The notes under the pieces are model-generated. The model searched no databases and was not told where the DNA came from. It was given only the letters and a program-made list of their open reading frames with translations. Made by a program: the position numbers and the translations under genes. A stretch of DNA of 63,693 nt, filler included, from Dugesia japonica (taxonomy: Eukaryota), in NCBI GenBank assembly GCA_001938525.1. It is 6 parts of 6 records of this genome, joined end to end, with 100 filler letters (N's around TTAATTAATTAA, not from the genome) between each part and the next. Parts side by side here need not be neighbours in the genome. Positions count along the whole stretch, not along the records: positions 32,023 to 46,393 come from MQRL01512162.1; positions 46,494 to 54,850 come from MQRL01228836.1; 4 more parts are not named here. The stretch is one strand, 5' to 3'. Positions 35,736-47,829 of this stretch are shown here, piece after piece; positions within the stretch are counted from its first letter, which is position 1, and the number at the start of each line of letters is the position of its first letter.

Positions 35736-37209
35736 ATATATAGTAGCGCATCAGAACAGACCTCTCATCGCCACTATTTTGAAAATTTAGCATTTTGATT
35801 GGTCGATAAAATTACGTGAAATAATTTTTCGATTTTAATTTTGATTGATCGAATTTTCGGTTGGGAAATTTGAAAATTCAAATTTTTGAAATTAAATATT
35901 TCGGCGAATTTTAATGATGATTTCGAATTTTGTATGCTTGAGCTCTGAATAAACTTCTGTATAAGAATATAATTTTAAATTTTAGAAAAAAGAAGGGTTC
36001 TCTCTACAAGGGTTGTACCACATCAGACTACTTGAAATTTGTTTTAAGAATTTCCTAGTGAATATTAGTCGCATTGTGATAAAATTAATACTATTAGACT
36101 CATAATAAAAAACTGAACATATTTCATATAGAGTTTGATGTTTAAAAATGCATGGTTGAGGAAATAATATATAATGATAATATTTTATAATTGTTATGAT
36201 GCCATTCGATAAATAATTAAAAACTGCCTATATATTGCATAAAGGACTAGTACCTAAAAATGTTTCCTTTGTAGTGAAAAATGGTTTTCAGTTCAGAGAA
36301 GTGAGACATGTCAGCATGACACCACCTCCCCTCTCCGTCAACGAAAATTTTGTTTTTCGACAAATTTTTAAATGGTTTACATAATATTCTTTTTATTACA
36401 TTATGAAAAATTTAATAATTTTTTGATTACATAATCGATTACATAACCATAATCTTTCGACCCTAGTGGGGGTGATTTTAATCCTACAAACTTTAAATTG
36501 GTATTTTAGACGCGAAATGAAGAGACAAATAAGGTGGCGTATTTCAGGAGTATGTGATATGTAACATAGTGACTAGTAACAACTGATCACTCAAATTTCA
36601 TGACAAATGATTACTTAATAGGCTTATTCAGCTCCTGTGTTTCATAATTCCACATTAACAGCTGTCATGTATCCTTTCCCGCAAAATATATATATTTCAT
36701 CAGTATCTATCTATCCCTTGCGTGCTCCTCTGATTTATGTATTCTTTCTTTAATCTGAATACCAAATAATCAGTTTTATGTTTAGTAAAAAGCAATATAC
36801 TGTTGTATGTTTTCATCTTTTGACTGTAAATTAGACACTATCATATGGTTTTCTGAGTATTCTTTAGCTTTTGAATACTCAATGATTTTTAGAATACTCA
36901 ATGGATTTCTAAATATTCTTTAGCTTTTTAGAGTTTTTGAGAGTTTTCTATGGTTCCATGAGTTGTATAGTGCTGTATTTGATACACTGCTTTCATTGGT
37001 TATGATTGGTTTAACTGATTTATTAAGAGTTTTATGAAGAAATATAGCAAAGGTATACAAGCTTGGTCAATTTATACAACAATTACATTTCTTTTTGACT
37101 TAGTATACACATTCATTGTATAGTAAATTCTCACAAATGAACATTAAGTTCTTAAAATTATAATCAAATTTTCATATAAATAGACTGATTTTCATTAATT
37201 CATAACAAA

Positions 37210-37460
37210 ACACTTAAATTTAAGAATACAATAGATTCAATGAAGCATACATTGATGTGGTGGAAAGTTCTCAAAACCTATGTAAAACACTGCTAAAATG
37301 ATTCAAATATTTCCTAAAAGAGTTGAAAATTTATCCAATATTTCCGAGATGTCTTAGAAATTTATACAAAAGTTTCAAGATGTGTGGGAAATTTATGCAT
37401 AAATTCCGAGTTGTCATGGAATATTATTCAAAATTTACAAGTAGTATGTGAAAATTAATA
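37210..37460 (+). pseudogene. Maverick protein-primed PolB relic (exonuclease region)
   Basis: LKFK..IDSMKH, NLCKTL..FK, YFRDV.LEIY, INSELSWN, KFT resemble the FIDS..SL..L and FRD.C..Y.LDP..PGLSW..LK.T motifs. Frameshifted. Confidence 0.5.
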
Positions 37461-37476
37461 AAATTAATCTGAACAA

Positions 37477-37735
37477 GCTGATGTTGAAAAGATTTTCACA
37501 AGAGCATATAAAACATATGGTATTGTTGAATTATGATAAATGGAGATAATGGAGATGATTTTATATTCAAGAATTAATTAAGATTACAAGTATATTTGGA
37601 CATGTATCAATGTATTCAGTAGATTTGCAAGAGTTTTTCAGGTTAAATTAAAGAGAACTGGAAAGAATAAACAATACTTTGTAAAATGATATGGATACGA
37701 AAACTAAATTGGATATTAAGCATCACAATTAGTTA
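37477..37735 (+). pseudogene. Maverick integrase relic: core start fused directly to chromodomain
   Basis: One frame: FTRAYKTYGIVEL**MEIMEMILYSRIN*DYKYIWTCINVFSRFAR (= WQxDLxDM..NxGYKYILTxIDVFS), then KRTGKNKQYFVK*YGY (chromodomain YxVKWxGY). Confidence 0.78.
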
Positions 37736-37841
37736 ACCAAGACAAAATTCAGATGAAATCCAATAATTTCTATACACTTTAACCTAGTAATAGTAGTCCG
37801 CTAGTTCATTCAAGTACATGAATGATAGTTGAAAAGTAACC

Positions 37842-38276
37842 ATGATAGATTTCACCTTTGTGTATTCAGCCGTGCTGATTTATAGTCAATCTAGCATTGA
37901 ATATGAAATATTTAAACCAATCGAGAAGGAACTAATACTTCATGCTAATAACAAAGAAAAAACAGTGCTTTTAACTGTTACCTGTCAAGATAAATATAAA
38001 AATTATAATGAAGTAGATATAACATTAAAAGATAATACTATATATTTTACTTTTGATGTTGTAATGAATAGTTTAACATTTGATACTATTGAAAACTTGA
38101 AAACATTTTCATTTAGTCAAACGCCAACAATGATATTGGATAATAGTGCAAATTTGGCTTCGAAACATTTTTATATTCACTTTGATTCCTTTAAAAAGGA
38201 TGATTCTTTTGCAAAAATAAAATTTAAGTATATTTATTATAAATTTATAATTTACAAATTAATTTATTATTATTAA
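37842..38276 (+). CDS. Intact 144-aa ORF of unknown function inside the Maverick relic (beta-rich; accessory or minor virion protein?)
   Basis: Open frame with a coding-like alternating hydrophobic pattern among decayed neighbours; no motif recognised. Confidence 0.4.
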   Translation: MIDFTFVYSAVLIYSQSSIEYEIFKPIEKELILHANNKEKTVLLTVTCQDKYKNYNEVDITLKDNTIYFTFDVVMNSLTFDTIENLKTFSFSQTPTMILDNSANLASKHFYIHFDSFKKDDSFAKIKFKYIYYKFIIYKLIYYY

Positions 38277-39400
38277 ATAAAAATTGTTTTGTTTAATCCT
38301 ATTAATTAAATATGTCCGAAATAGAATAATGTATGCATAGATTGCATATATAAGCAAGATACAAATATTATTTCACATATTCAATTCACAAGTAAGATTT
38401 TATTTAATTAATTAAATGTTTAATTTTATTTTAGATTCTTCATTTAATCGAATACATTTAATTTAAAGTATTATGTATAGAAAACTTTTGTTGGGTTACT
38501 AGGCTTTTTGATGTTATTTGATTATTACTTTTCTAATTTAGTTTTTTGTATTCTCTAGATTTAGCATTTATTTTTTCAATTGGTTATCATTTCTGTCTGA
38601 GGGACGATACCTAGTAACCACACAGAAATTTGTAATGCTTTCTCATGCACCACGATCCCCCATTCCCGGATTCAGCGGGACTATGCTGTATCCCGTCTTA
38701 GGTGTTCAATTTTTATTTTATCCGGCTCTCGACTATTCGATGTTATTCGTCGTCGTTAATTATTAATGAACTTTTCAATTAAAACAATTTATAAAGAAAC
38801 TTTATTTCAGTCACATTGTATCGATAATATCTTTGATTATTTCTTTATCCATCTCCTTTTCCGGCTTCAACCCTGTGTTAGTGTGCGGACAGTTGCTATT
38901 AGTACTCCTTCTCAATTATCGTATGCTTTGATAATGTCGCCCGTCGTTCGCAGGACTGTGAAAAGGCCAAATCTCTTTCAGCTTGGCATTTGTATCACGT
39001 AGCAATGAATTCTTTCGTTTTAGATCTCCTATTTCGGCCTACAAATTCCGTTGGATGGTGCACCTTTTTTTCTGGTTATCAAACAGCGATGTATCAATCA
39101 ACTTCCTTGTATCTGACACTGAAATTATGGAGAAGATAATATTCATCTTGTATTTATATTACTAATAATAGTGTAATTCATAATTGAAATCATGTTATGA
39201 AATCATGAAATGAAGTTTGTTAATTTACCAACATTAAAAATCAACAACGAAATTTGCATAATGATCGAGTTTAATCTTTACCATAATTTAATCTTGTTAT
39301 TACGTTAATTACTCGTAAAATTCTATGTTCTCATATTTGTCCGACAGTAAGAAAGCAATTAAAATTAAAACTATATTATAATGCAAACATATTAATTGGA

Positions 39401-39928
39401 TCACACAAATGTTTCGTTCTTAGTTTCATCTAACGGTAAAAGCACTTGCTGCAACATAGCCTCTACTTTGGTTGTCAATCTTTCAGATAATTTTGAATAT
39501 TCTTCAGCTTAGATTTGTGTCACCCACATTGTCTGAATTAAGCGCCGTCGTTGTCCGGACAATTCCTTAGTCCAAATTAACAGAGAGACACACTGTTTCT
39601 CCCGATCCTGCTGCCATGTGTTTATCTCGGCCAATCTCTGTTGATAGACGTGTTTCTGGTTATCTACGCAAACTTGTAATGCCTCGATTTGTTGGAGGTG
39701 TTCCACATGCTGATGTCTTTGTCGGTTAGTTTCTGCTCGTAGTAATTGAATCTCATTATACTTCACTCCAAACTGGTTCCAAGTAATCCATCAAGGGTCC
39801 ACATCAGCACCTTCGACTCCGAGCGAGTCCAATAACAAAGGCATGTTATTACATTTCGATGTGCTGAAACTCCATTCAGCTGCCGACAACGACTTCTTCG
39901 CTCCTGATATTGTAATATTCTGTGACAT
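39401..39928 (-). pseudogene. 176-codon coiled-coil ORF with two in-frame stops (Maverick accessory gene?)
   Basis: MSQNITISGAKK..DVDP*WITWNQFGVKYNEIQLLRAE..WVTQI*AEEYSKLSERL..ETFV*; one frame over 528 nt. Confidence 0.5.
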
Positions 39929-42900
39929 CTAAATAAAATCATAGTTCTAGCATTAAAATATATAACATTTAATATATACATGTATCTAAAGTAATAACCA
40001 CATAATACTAAGTCAGATCATCAATTCACCAAGCTATCGATCATTCGTCATGGTGGAAAGAGTTGGATCTTCAGTTTCGTGAATTTAATATAGTGGTGCT
40101 AATTCAGACTTCGATCATAATGTGAGTATCTTGTCATCACTACTAATTCTTAATAAATATTTACCGGAGCCTTCTCACATCAATTCACAACTATTCATTT
40201 ATTTGAAAACCCATCTCCTTCCAGATGACGAATGATCCTCCTACTGACTGCAATATCCTATCAATTCTATAAGTAATGGAACATTTATTAAAATATTCAA
40301 TCAGTATTAACAATTAGTAATAAATATTATAAAATATATTCATAAATTAATATAACAATTATAAGATTCAATGATAATCTAGAATTAATTAATATTTTTA
40401 TCACAAATACATTCCTAATCTTAACAATTAAACATAAGAATCCAACCACTACACTTGGGTTGATATAAACATTAATAATCGTATAACTATAAGAGCATAG
40501 ATAAGATTCAAACACCACGTATACATATTTATCAGTAAACCGAGTTTTATTTAATTCTAGTATTCAACATTTCAACTCATATTCATCTCATTTAATTTAA
40601 ATTCGCATCTCTCATTATCATCAACGACCCGTAACATTATGAGTGTGTTTGGTGCTCACCCAATACACAGTGTCATAGATAAAATTATGCGTGAGTTTCA
40701 TCTTGTTCATCAATGTTCATCCATACGTGGCAATCAGTTTCTGAAAAATAATATTTTTCACAGAAAATAATAAATTTTTTTAATTTGGTTTTCCTGTTCT
40801 GCAAAGATAAATAAAGTATATTACATCGTAACTGATAAATAATTTAATATAATTATAAAAATACAACATAATTTATTATGATCGTTCCTTGCATCTAATT
40901 TTAATTTCCAGATTCCAATTCTTTCTTTGTAAATAATAATATTTAACCAATAACAATAAATTTAATAATATTTATTACAAAATAATAATATTTTTACGTT
41001 CTAACTATTTTAATATATTATTCTACTAATATGTTGTTTCCTAAATATATTATAATAATTTTATTACCGTCTTTAACTACAATTATAATACTGATCTGTT
41101 TCATATCTTTTTCTCTTAATTATTTTCAATTCAAATCAAATCTTTTAATAAAATATTTTTGTTTTAATTCTACTTTCTTAAATTAATTATTTTATTATAT
41201 TCTAAACATCCTTTTTAATATATTTATACTTTTATAACATGAATATAATTATAAATAATAATATATACTGATTCTTTTTTCGATTTCATTTCGTTTATTA
41301 TTTCTTATTTACCATTTCCTGACTTAATTCATACATTTAATTTTGGTTTATTCGAGCTTTCATTTTATTTTGTGAGTCTCATTTATATCATTTGAGCTTT
41401 CGTGTTTTAATTCATTGATTATTATTTTCTTTGAGTATTATATCGTTTCTCGTGATTTATTTACTTTCTTCCTTTAATAATTCTGGTATAGTGTATTCAT
41501 TCAATAATTATTTAATCTGCTCATTTATTATTTAATTATTATTCTTTTTATTTCACGATCTTGATTTATTGTTTAAGCTTTCTTTAATCGGTTCATCATC
41601 TTCTTGAGCACTATCTGGTTTCAGTTATTAATTTCCTATTTCATTATATTTAATTTAATAATCACTTGTTCTTGAATTTATTCAATTCTTTCATCATAAT
41701 TAAATCTTAACTTTTCGTAGTAATTCCCAGCTTTTAATTTATTTCGATGATCAAGTTTTATAGGTTTCTTTTATTCTGATTATTATTTTCTCTTCAATTC
41801 TCTGATTTTCATACTCTTTAATTTATCGATTTATTGAAATCGTTATTTTATTTTAATCCTTATCAAAGATTTTATTATTTTTATTCTTTATTGTCACTTT
41901 TCAATTTTCTATTTTCCTTTATTGCTGCATTTATTCTTGAGCATTATTGTCTCTTCTTTTCATTGGTTTGTTTGGTTTTAATATTTATTTTATTAACTGC
42001 TCTGTTTCAGCGCAATACTTTTATGATCTTTGTTATTGGAAATTTATGAACTATTAAAATAAGTAAGGATATAGTTTTATTTAAATTAAATGGTAATAAT
42101 TTTCGTAATGATTTTATTTTAAGTAAACATATTTTTAAATTACTATTTTCTTTTCAGTTAATAATTTAATTTTTAGATAATAATTATATAAGTTATGAAT
42201 TATTTATGTTATGAATTATGATTAATGTAATTGAAAATATGAAAAATTATGATAATTATCATGAACTTTTACAATAAGTAAAGTTTAATTTTTATTTAAT
42301 GCGTTATTAATAATATTTATTAAACGGTAATGATTTTCTTTAATGGTAATGATTTTTATTAAATGGTGATGATTTTCTTCAATGATTTAATTTATTTAAT
42401 ATTATACATTTATTGAATAACAGTTGACTTTGAATTTTGAGTATAGCCAAATATTGGTGTTGACGACTAGTTGTTTTTATCTTATAAAGATTAGACAGTT
42501 GTAATAGTGCACAATTGACAACGAATGTAAACTGTTGAAAGTACTGCTGCAGAGATGTACATACTATAATCGAGCATAGACTAGTACAAACTAAGCAAGC
42601 TGGCCGATAAGTTCAATTATGAATGTAGTTAGTTGGATGCTAACGGACCTTAATAGATACATTATTTTGAACTGTACGTGTTGGAGAAAGTAATGCAATG
42701 TTATGGAATAAAAACAAAACTGTTCTTGAAACAATGTATGAAAATAATTTTAATCATATTATTGATAATGATTTTACTTAAAAATAAAAATTAACAATGA
42801 TTTTCCTCAGGAGAACAACCGCAATATAAAAAAATTATCGATAAAATATATCCACAGATCGAAAAACATTTAATATTGCCCAGCCCCATAAATTTTGATG

Positions 42901-44235
42901 TTAATATTTCTGGGAGGATATTAACATTAATAATGCCCTGGAAAACATTAATGCTAAGATTGCTAGGGTAACATTGTACCATATAATTCATAAGCATTTT
43001 GTCAATTTTTAACTATATTAACCAGTGTAAAATACCAGTTCAAATTATGTTTGAAATGTTATATTTCATTTAATTTAATCAAAAATTCATTAATTTTATT
43101 TAATCTAAACAAGAAATAATTAATTTAAACAAAAATAACTAATTTTACTTAATTTAAACAAAGATTTGAATTTCCTGCGATAACATAATCATTTTTGTAT
43201 TGATTGCATTAGAGTCATGTGGTGATTACGTAATCGATCGATTATTTTTTAACAACTATGAAATGATTACGCTGTCGATATGTAATGATTATGCAATAAC
43301 TTTATAAGTACGTAGTCATTATACAATGATTACTTTATTGCATTTGCTAGTAACAAAATACCTAGGTGGTTATGTAATCATTNCATATTATTTACGTAAT
43401 ATGTTTGCGATTATGTAATGGTTATGTCAATATGATGCAACTATTACTTACTGCTGAAAGTATGTGACAGTGCGCCAATATCTATCTACTTTTAATCTCA
43501 ATCGATCACTATTATAAACCGAAGGCTGTTTTACGAGTTTTCAAAAAGAAAAAAAATACTAAATCATAAACTCTATTAATATTATTATGCCAACTCGTAG
43601 GTTGGTTACACATCCGATGTTTGTACATAACTTTTATAAAAATTATTATAATTTTTTTTATAAAAATCATTCATACAAAAAAAGCTACGCTTTTTGATAA
43701 AAATCTACAATACAATCAATTGTTAAATAAAATTTAAACAAATAAATCGTTAAATAGAAATTTAAATGAATTATAACGTACAAAATAAAAAAAAACTACA
43801 TTATAAAAACAAAAATTAAAATGTCAGTAGTAGGTAGATATGTGCGCACTGCCTCCCATACTTCTCGCCCCCCTCGAATCCCAGTTTTTTTCCTCACGGA
43901 GAGGCACTGCCTCACATACATTTTTTTGTTTGTTTAAATGAAGTTAAACTATTTATTTTTGTTTAACTTATTTGAAATTGATGATTTTTGTTTAAATTAA
44001 GTCAAATTAATGATTTTATATTTTTTTTGTTTAATTTAAGTGAAATTATTGATTTCTTGATTAATTTAAGTAAAATGAATGATTCAGTAAAATGAAGTAA
44101 ATTTCCTCCCGGTTAATATTAATATTAACCATACCTATCAATATTAACATTAACTTTTCTCGGACAATGTTAACATTCACATTTATATAATCTTTATAAA
44201 ATAAAAACAGTTAGTTGTCAACGCCAATATTGACT

Positions 44236-44370
44236 GGAGGATATTAACGTTAACATTAATATTGCCNGGAGGATATTAACGTTAACATTAATATTGCCTG
44301 GGTGACATCTAATGCTAATATTATCTGGAGAACATTAATAATAATATTATCCGGGCGAACATTTAATATC
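44236..44370. repeat. 32-bp tandem repeat with internal palindrome TTAACGTTAA
   Basis: GGAGGATATTAACGTTAACATTAATATTGCC twice (44236, 44268) plus degenerate copies; related units at 42870-42980. Confidence 0.85.
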
Positions 44371-44479
44371 ACAGAAAAAAATAAGTCTATGTGTATATAG
44401 TTTTAAGGGTTTTCTCTGGTTTTATAAGTGTTTTATGGTTAGAATTGTCTACATATTAAAGAATTATACAGAACCTCTA

Positions 44480-45930
44480 GGGTTAATGTAAAACTTTACA
44501 TTCAATCATATAAATTTTGAAGCCAATACATAAAAAACTATAATCCATCACATTAAAACTGCATTTAATCACACAAAATGCCAAAGTTAACTAATGAAAA
44601 TTACTAAATCATCACATAAAGGTATAATCCATTGCATAAAATTACAATCCATCACACAAAATCTTTAATCAATTCATGAAAATTAAAACTCAACATTTAA
44701 TAACTTTAAGCCAATATACAAAAATTACATTTCATTACATAAATTATAATCCATTCTATTTTAATTAAATAGAAGTCATGAGAAATTGTCATAAATTACA
44801 TGGAAGTCAAGAAAACCTTTCAAAAATTAAATAAAAGTTATTAAAAAGTTTCATAAATTACAAAGAAGACAATAAATTTCTAAGTCAACACAAAAATTCT
44901 AACCAATCAAATAAATTAATAATCAATCACACTAAACTATAGTTCATCACATTAGAACTTTTAAGTTATTACTTTAAAATTATAATCCAGGTACTAAAAT
45001 TACTTTTTTCACATAAAATTTCTTAGTCAACACATTAAACCTTTAACCAACTAGTTAAACTTATAATTTGTCACACTAAAAATATAGTTCATCACATTGA
45101 AATTTCTAATTCAACGCTTTAAAATGTTAATCCATCTCACAAAAGCCAAATCTAGTCCATAAAAATTAACACTAAACAAGTAAAATTCTAAGTTTTAACG
45201 CATAAAATGTCTAAGTCAACACATAAAAGTTATAATCTATAACACTAAAATTACATTCCATCTCACAAAATTTCATCCAATCACAGTAAATTCTAGGTAG
45301 ACACATTAAATTTCTAAATCAGTACACAAAAATTATATTTCATCATGCTATAGTTATATAGAAGTCATTAAAATTACATTTCATNACACAAAATTCTAAA
45401 ACAACACAATAAATTTCTAAGTCAACATGTAAAATATAAAATTCATAATTGAAACACTTAAACATGGAAAATAATCACTTTGTCATGGGAAATGATAGTT
45501 ACAACACAAAAAATAGGCACTAAAACATAGAATTTACAGGTATCATCATGGTTAATACAAGAGTCATCATAGAAAATTAGAGACAACTATTAAAAAGTAT
45601 ATAATTCGGTATTTAAAATACAATTTTCATCATAAACCTTACAATTCATAAGATTTTAAGATAAGAATTTATCTGTTTCAATTTAATAAGAATCAAATTT
45701 TACCAGCATAAAATTCATAAGAATCAAAATTATAAAGAATAAAATTAATACAAATTAAAATTTATCAGTTTGAAATTAATATGAATCAAAGTTTAACAGC
45801 TTATAATTAATATTAATCCAAATTAATCAATTTAAATTTAACATGAATCAAATTTTATCTGCTTAAAATTAATACGAATCAAATTAAACAGTTTAAAATT
45901 AATATAGATTAAAATTTAAATTGATCATTT
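44480..45930. repeat. Degenerate ~20-bp (AAAA.TATAATCCATCACAC) and ~31-bp (AATCAAATTTTA.CAG.TTAAAATTAATA.G) minisatellites
   Basis: Repeated units visible; colinear homologue at about 48600-49620. Confidence 0.8.
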
Positions 45931-46393
45931 GGAATTAATGTTTTTTAAAATTTATTTTTGTTAAATTAAATTAATNAATTTATTAAAATATGTTAAACAA
46001 TTATTTATTATTAAATAATTTTGTTTAAACATATTAATTAAATATGGCCTGAATGGAATAATTTCATATTCTTTCGCCATTTAACAATATCAAGTAAGAT
46101 TTTTATTTAATTTGTTATATTATTAATTTTATTTTAGAATTTTTAGGAAAACCTATTATGATTTGTGGTATATAATATGAAAATTTATTGTGATCAATGT
46201 TATTATAAAATTTGATCAATTATAAAAATAAGTAAGGATTTATTTTTATTTAAATTAAACATTAATGGTTTTCTTAAATTGTTTTGGGCTGAAACAGCCT
46301 TTAGTGAAATATGAAAATTATAGAAGGAAATAAATTAAAGACTAATAAGAAAATGAATTTAAAAATAAAATTAATAAATAATGAGAAATAAAA

Positions 46394-46493
46394 NNNNNNN
46401 NNNNNNNNNNNNNNNNNNNNNNNNNNNNNNNNNNNNNTTAATTAATTAANNNNNNNNNNNNNNNNNNNNNNNNNNNNNNNNNNNNNNNNNNNN
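46394..46493. other. Artificial scaffold linker
   Basis: 44N-TTAATTAATTAA-44N. Confidence 0.97.
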
Positions 46494-47761
46494 ATGCATC
46501 ACTACATTATATCATAAAAACATCATAGATAGACAAATAGAAGAAATTATGAAAATTCACAAGGTACTATGTCACGCTGGAGCGGAAAAGACAACTGAGT
46601 ATATAAAGCGGCAAAAGGACGGAAATAGATTAAGGAGCATGATTGCAGATGTGGTTCAAAGGTTTATACACTGTCAGAAGATGAAAGCATAGACTTGAGC
46701 CATGAAAGAGGCCACTAGTCAACTGTTGAAAGTGCTATTTGTGGATATTTGTAGACCGTGGAGTGAAACGTCAGAAAGGAAAAAGTACATTTTGAGTATG
46801 GTGGTCCAGTGTAAAAATTACATAGTGTTAGTTGCGTTGGCACGACAGAACGAAGAGACGATTCGAAAGGCAATTTAGAGAAGTGGATTCTTAAATTAGG
46901 ATGGCCCAGAGTGTTGAGAGTGAATTGTGGGAAAGTGTTTGAATCGAATGTTATTCGGGATTTTGCGAGAGAATTGGGAATCCGAGTTGTAACATCAAGT
47001 TCGTATCATCATAACTCGAATGTACAAATAGATAGACAATTTTGAATCTTAATGGAATGGGTGAATACGTCGATGCATGAAAGAGAAACGTCCAACTAGG
47101 CTGAGTTATTGCCAGAAGTATAATTTGCAATGAATGCAACTGTCCAGAAAACTACACAGAGAAGCGCAGCAGAATTAATTTTGGGAGACACTTTAGCTGA
47201 GAGAAATGGTATAGCGATAGGGAAACTAAAAGTAAAATCAATGTTACAGATATTCAAACGAGCACACAGCTTCAAGTGAGAGAGTGGGTCTTGGTGAAAA
47301 AAGAAAAAGGCAATAAAAGTCAGAGCATATTTGTAGGTCCATATCAAGTAAAAGAAAAGATACATAACAGATGATGTCTATTAGTTGATAGAATGGGCAA
47401 GCAGATAGAAAGAAATATCGAAAAGAATTAAAGATTTCAAAAGAGAGGAATGTGAGGAAATAAATATTAAAGCAAATTGAAATGAGATTTATTAAAGTAT
47501 TGATTTGCTATTTATTATTAAAACGTCTAATTGTCGAGTTATATTAACAAGGTTGCTTTGGATTGTTTATTGGATTATATTGGAAATTGTGGGATTATTT
47601 TAGCGAAGATTAACGTAAGAGTTTTATTTATTGAAGACATTTTAATTGTAAATAATTCAGTGTAATTTTTGTATTTATTATATTTGTACTTATAATTTTA
47701 AATTGTCATTTGTTATTTAAGAAACTTTGTTATTTCTTGAAAGCTGTAATTATTAACATCA
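46494..47761 (+). mobile_element. Gypsy integrase relic, PPT and 3' LTR (from 47451; end approximate)
   Basis: HKVLCHAG..HCQK (HHCC), FVDICRP, NCGKVFES, SSYHHNSN..DR; PPT AAAAGAGAGGAA followed by TG at 47451. Confidence 0.82.
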
Positions 47762-47829
47762 GTAAATTTGTTCCTATAGTTAAATTTTTAAATAGATCAA
47801 GTTAAATATAACATATCGAATAATAAACT

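Larger units (their letters stand above)
35731..43490 (+). mobile_element. Degenerate, internally deleted Maverick/Polinton (possibly composite)
   Basis: Left end AGTCGATATATAGTAG..CATTTTGATTGGTCGA matches the terminus at 50115; right end ...TATCTATCTACT at 43490; GATTACATAAT subterminal repeats; pPolB and integrase relics inside. No ATPase or capsid recognised. Confidence 0.6.
43827..46393 (+). mobile_element. Maverick-like left terminus followed by a non-coding minisatellite body
   Basis: Starts AGTAGTAGGTAGATATGTGCGCACTGCC; inverted homology to 42445-43490; 32-bp, ~20-bp and ~31-bp repeat arrays follow. Confidence 0.6.

Noticed and set aside
37340-37430. Maverick cysteine protease (..MCGKFM..)
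   Set aside because: Another frame gives better pPolB motifs (FRDV, LSW); no HW or FDS motif.
44480-45430. Repeat-spacer (CRISPR-like) array
   Set aside because: All units are degenerate versions of one another; there is no constant repeat with unique spacers, and the context is eukaryotic.
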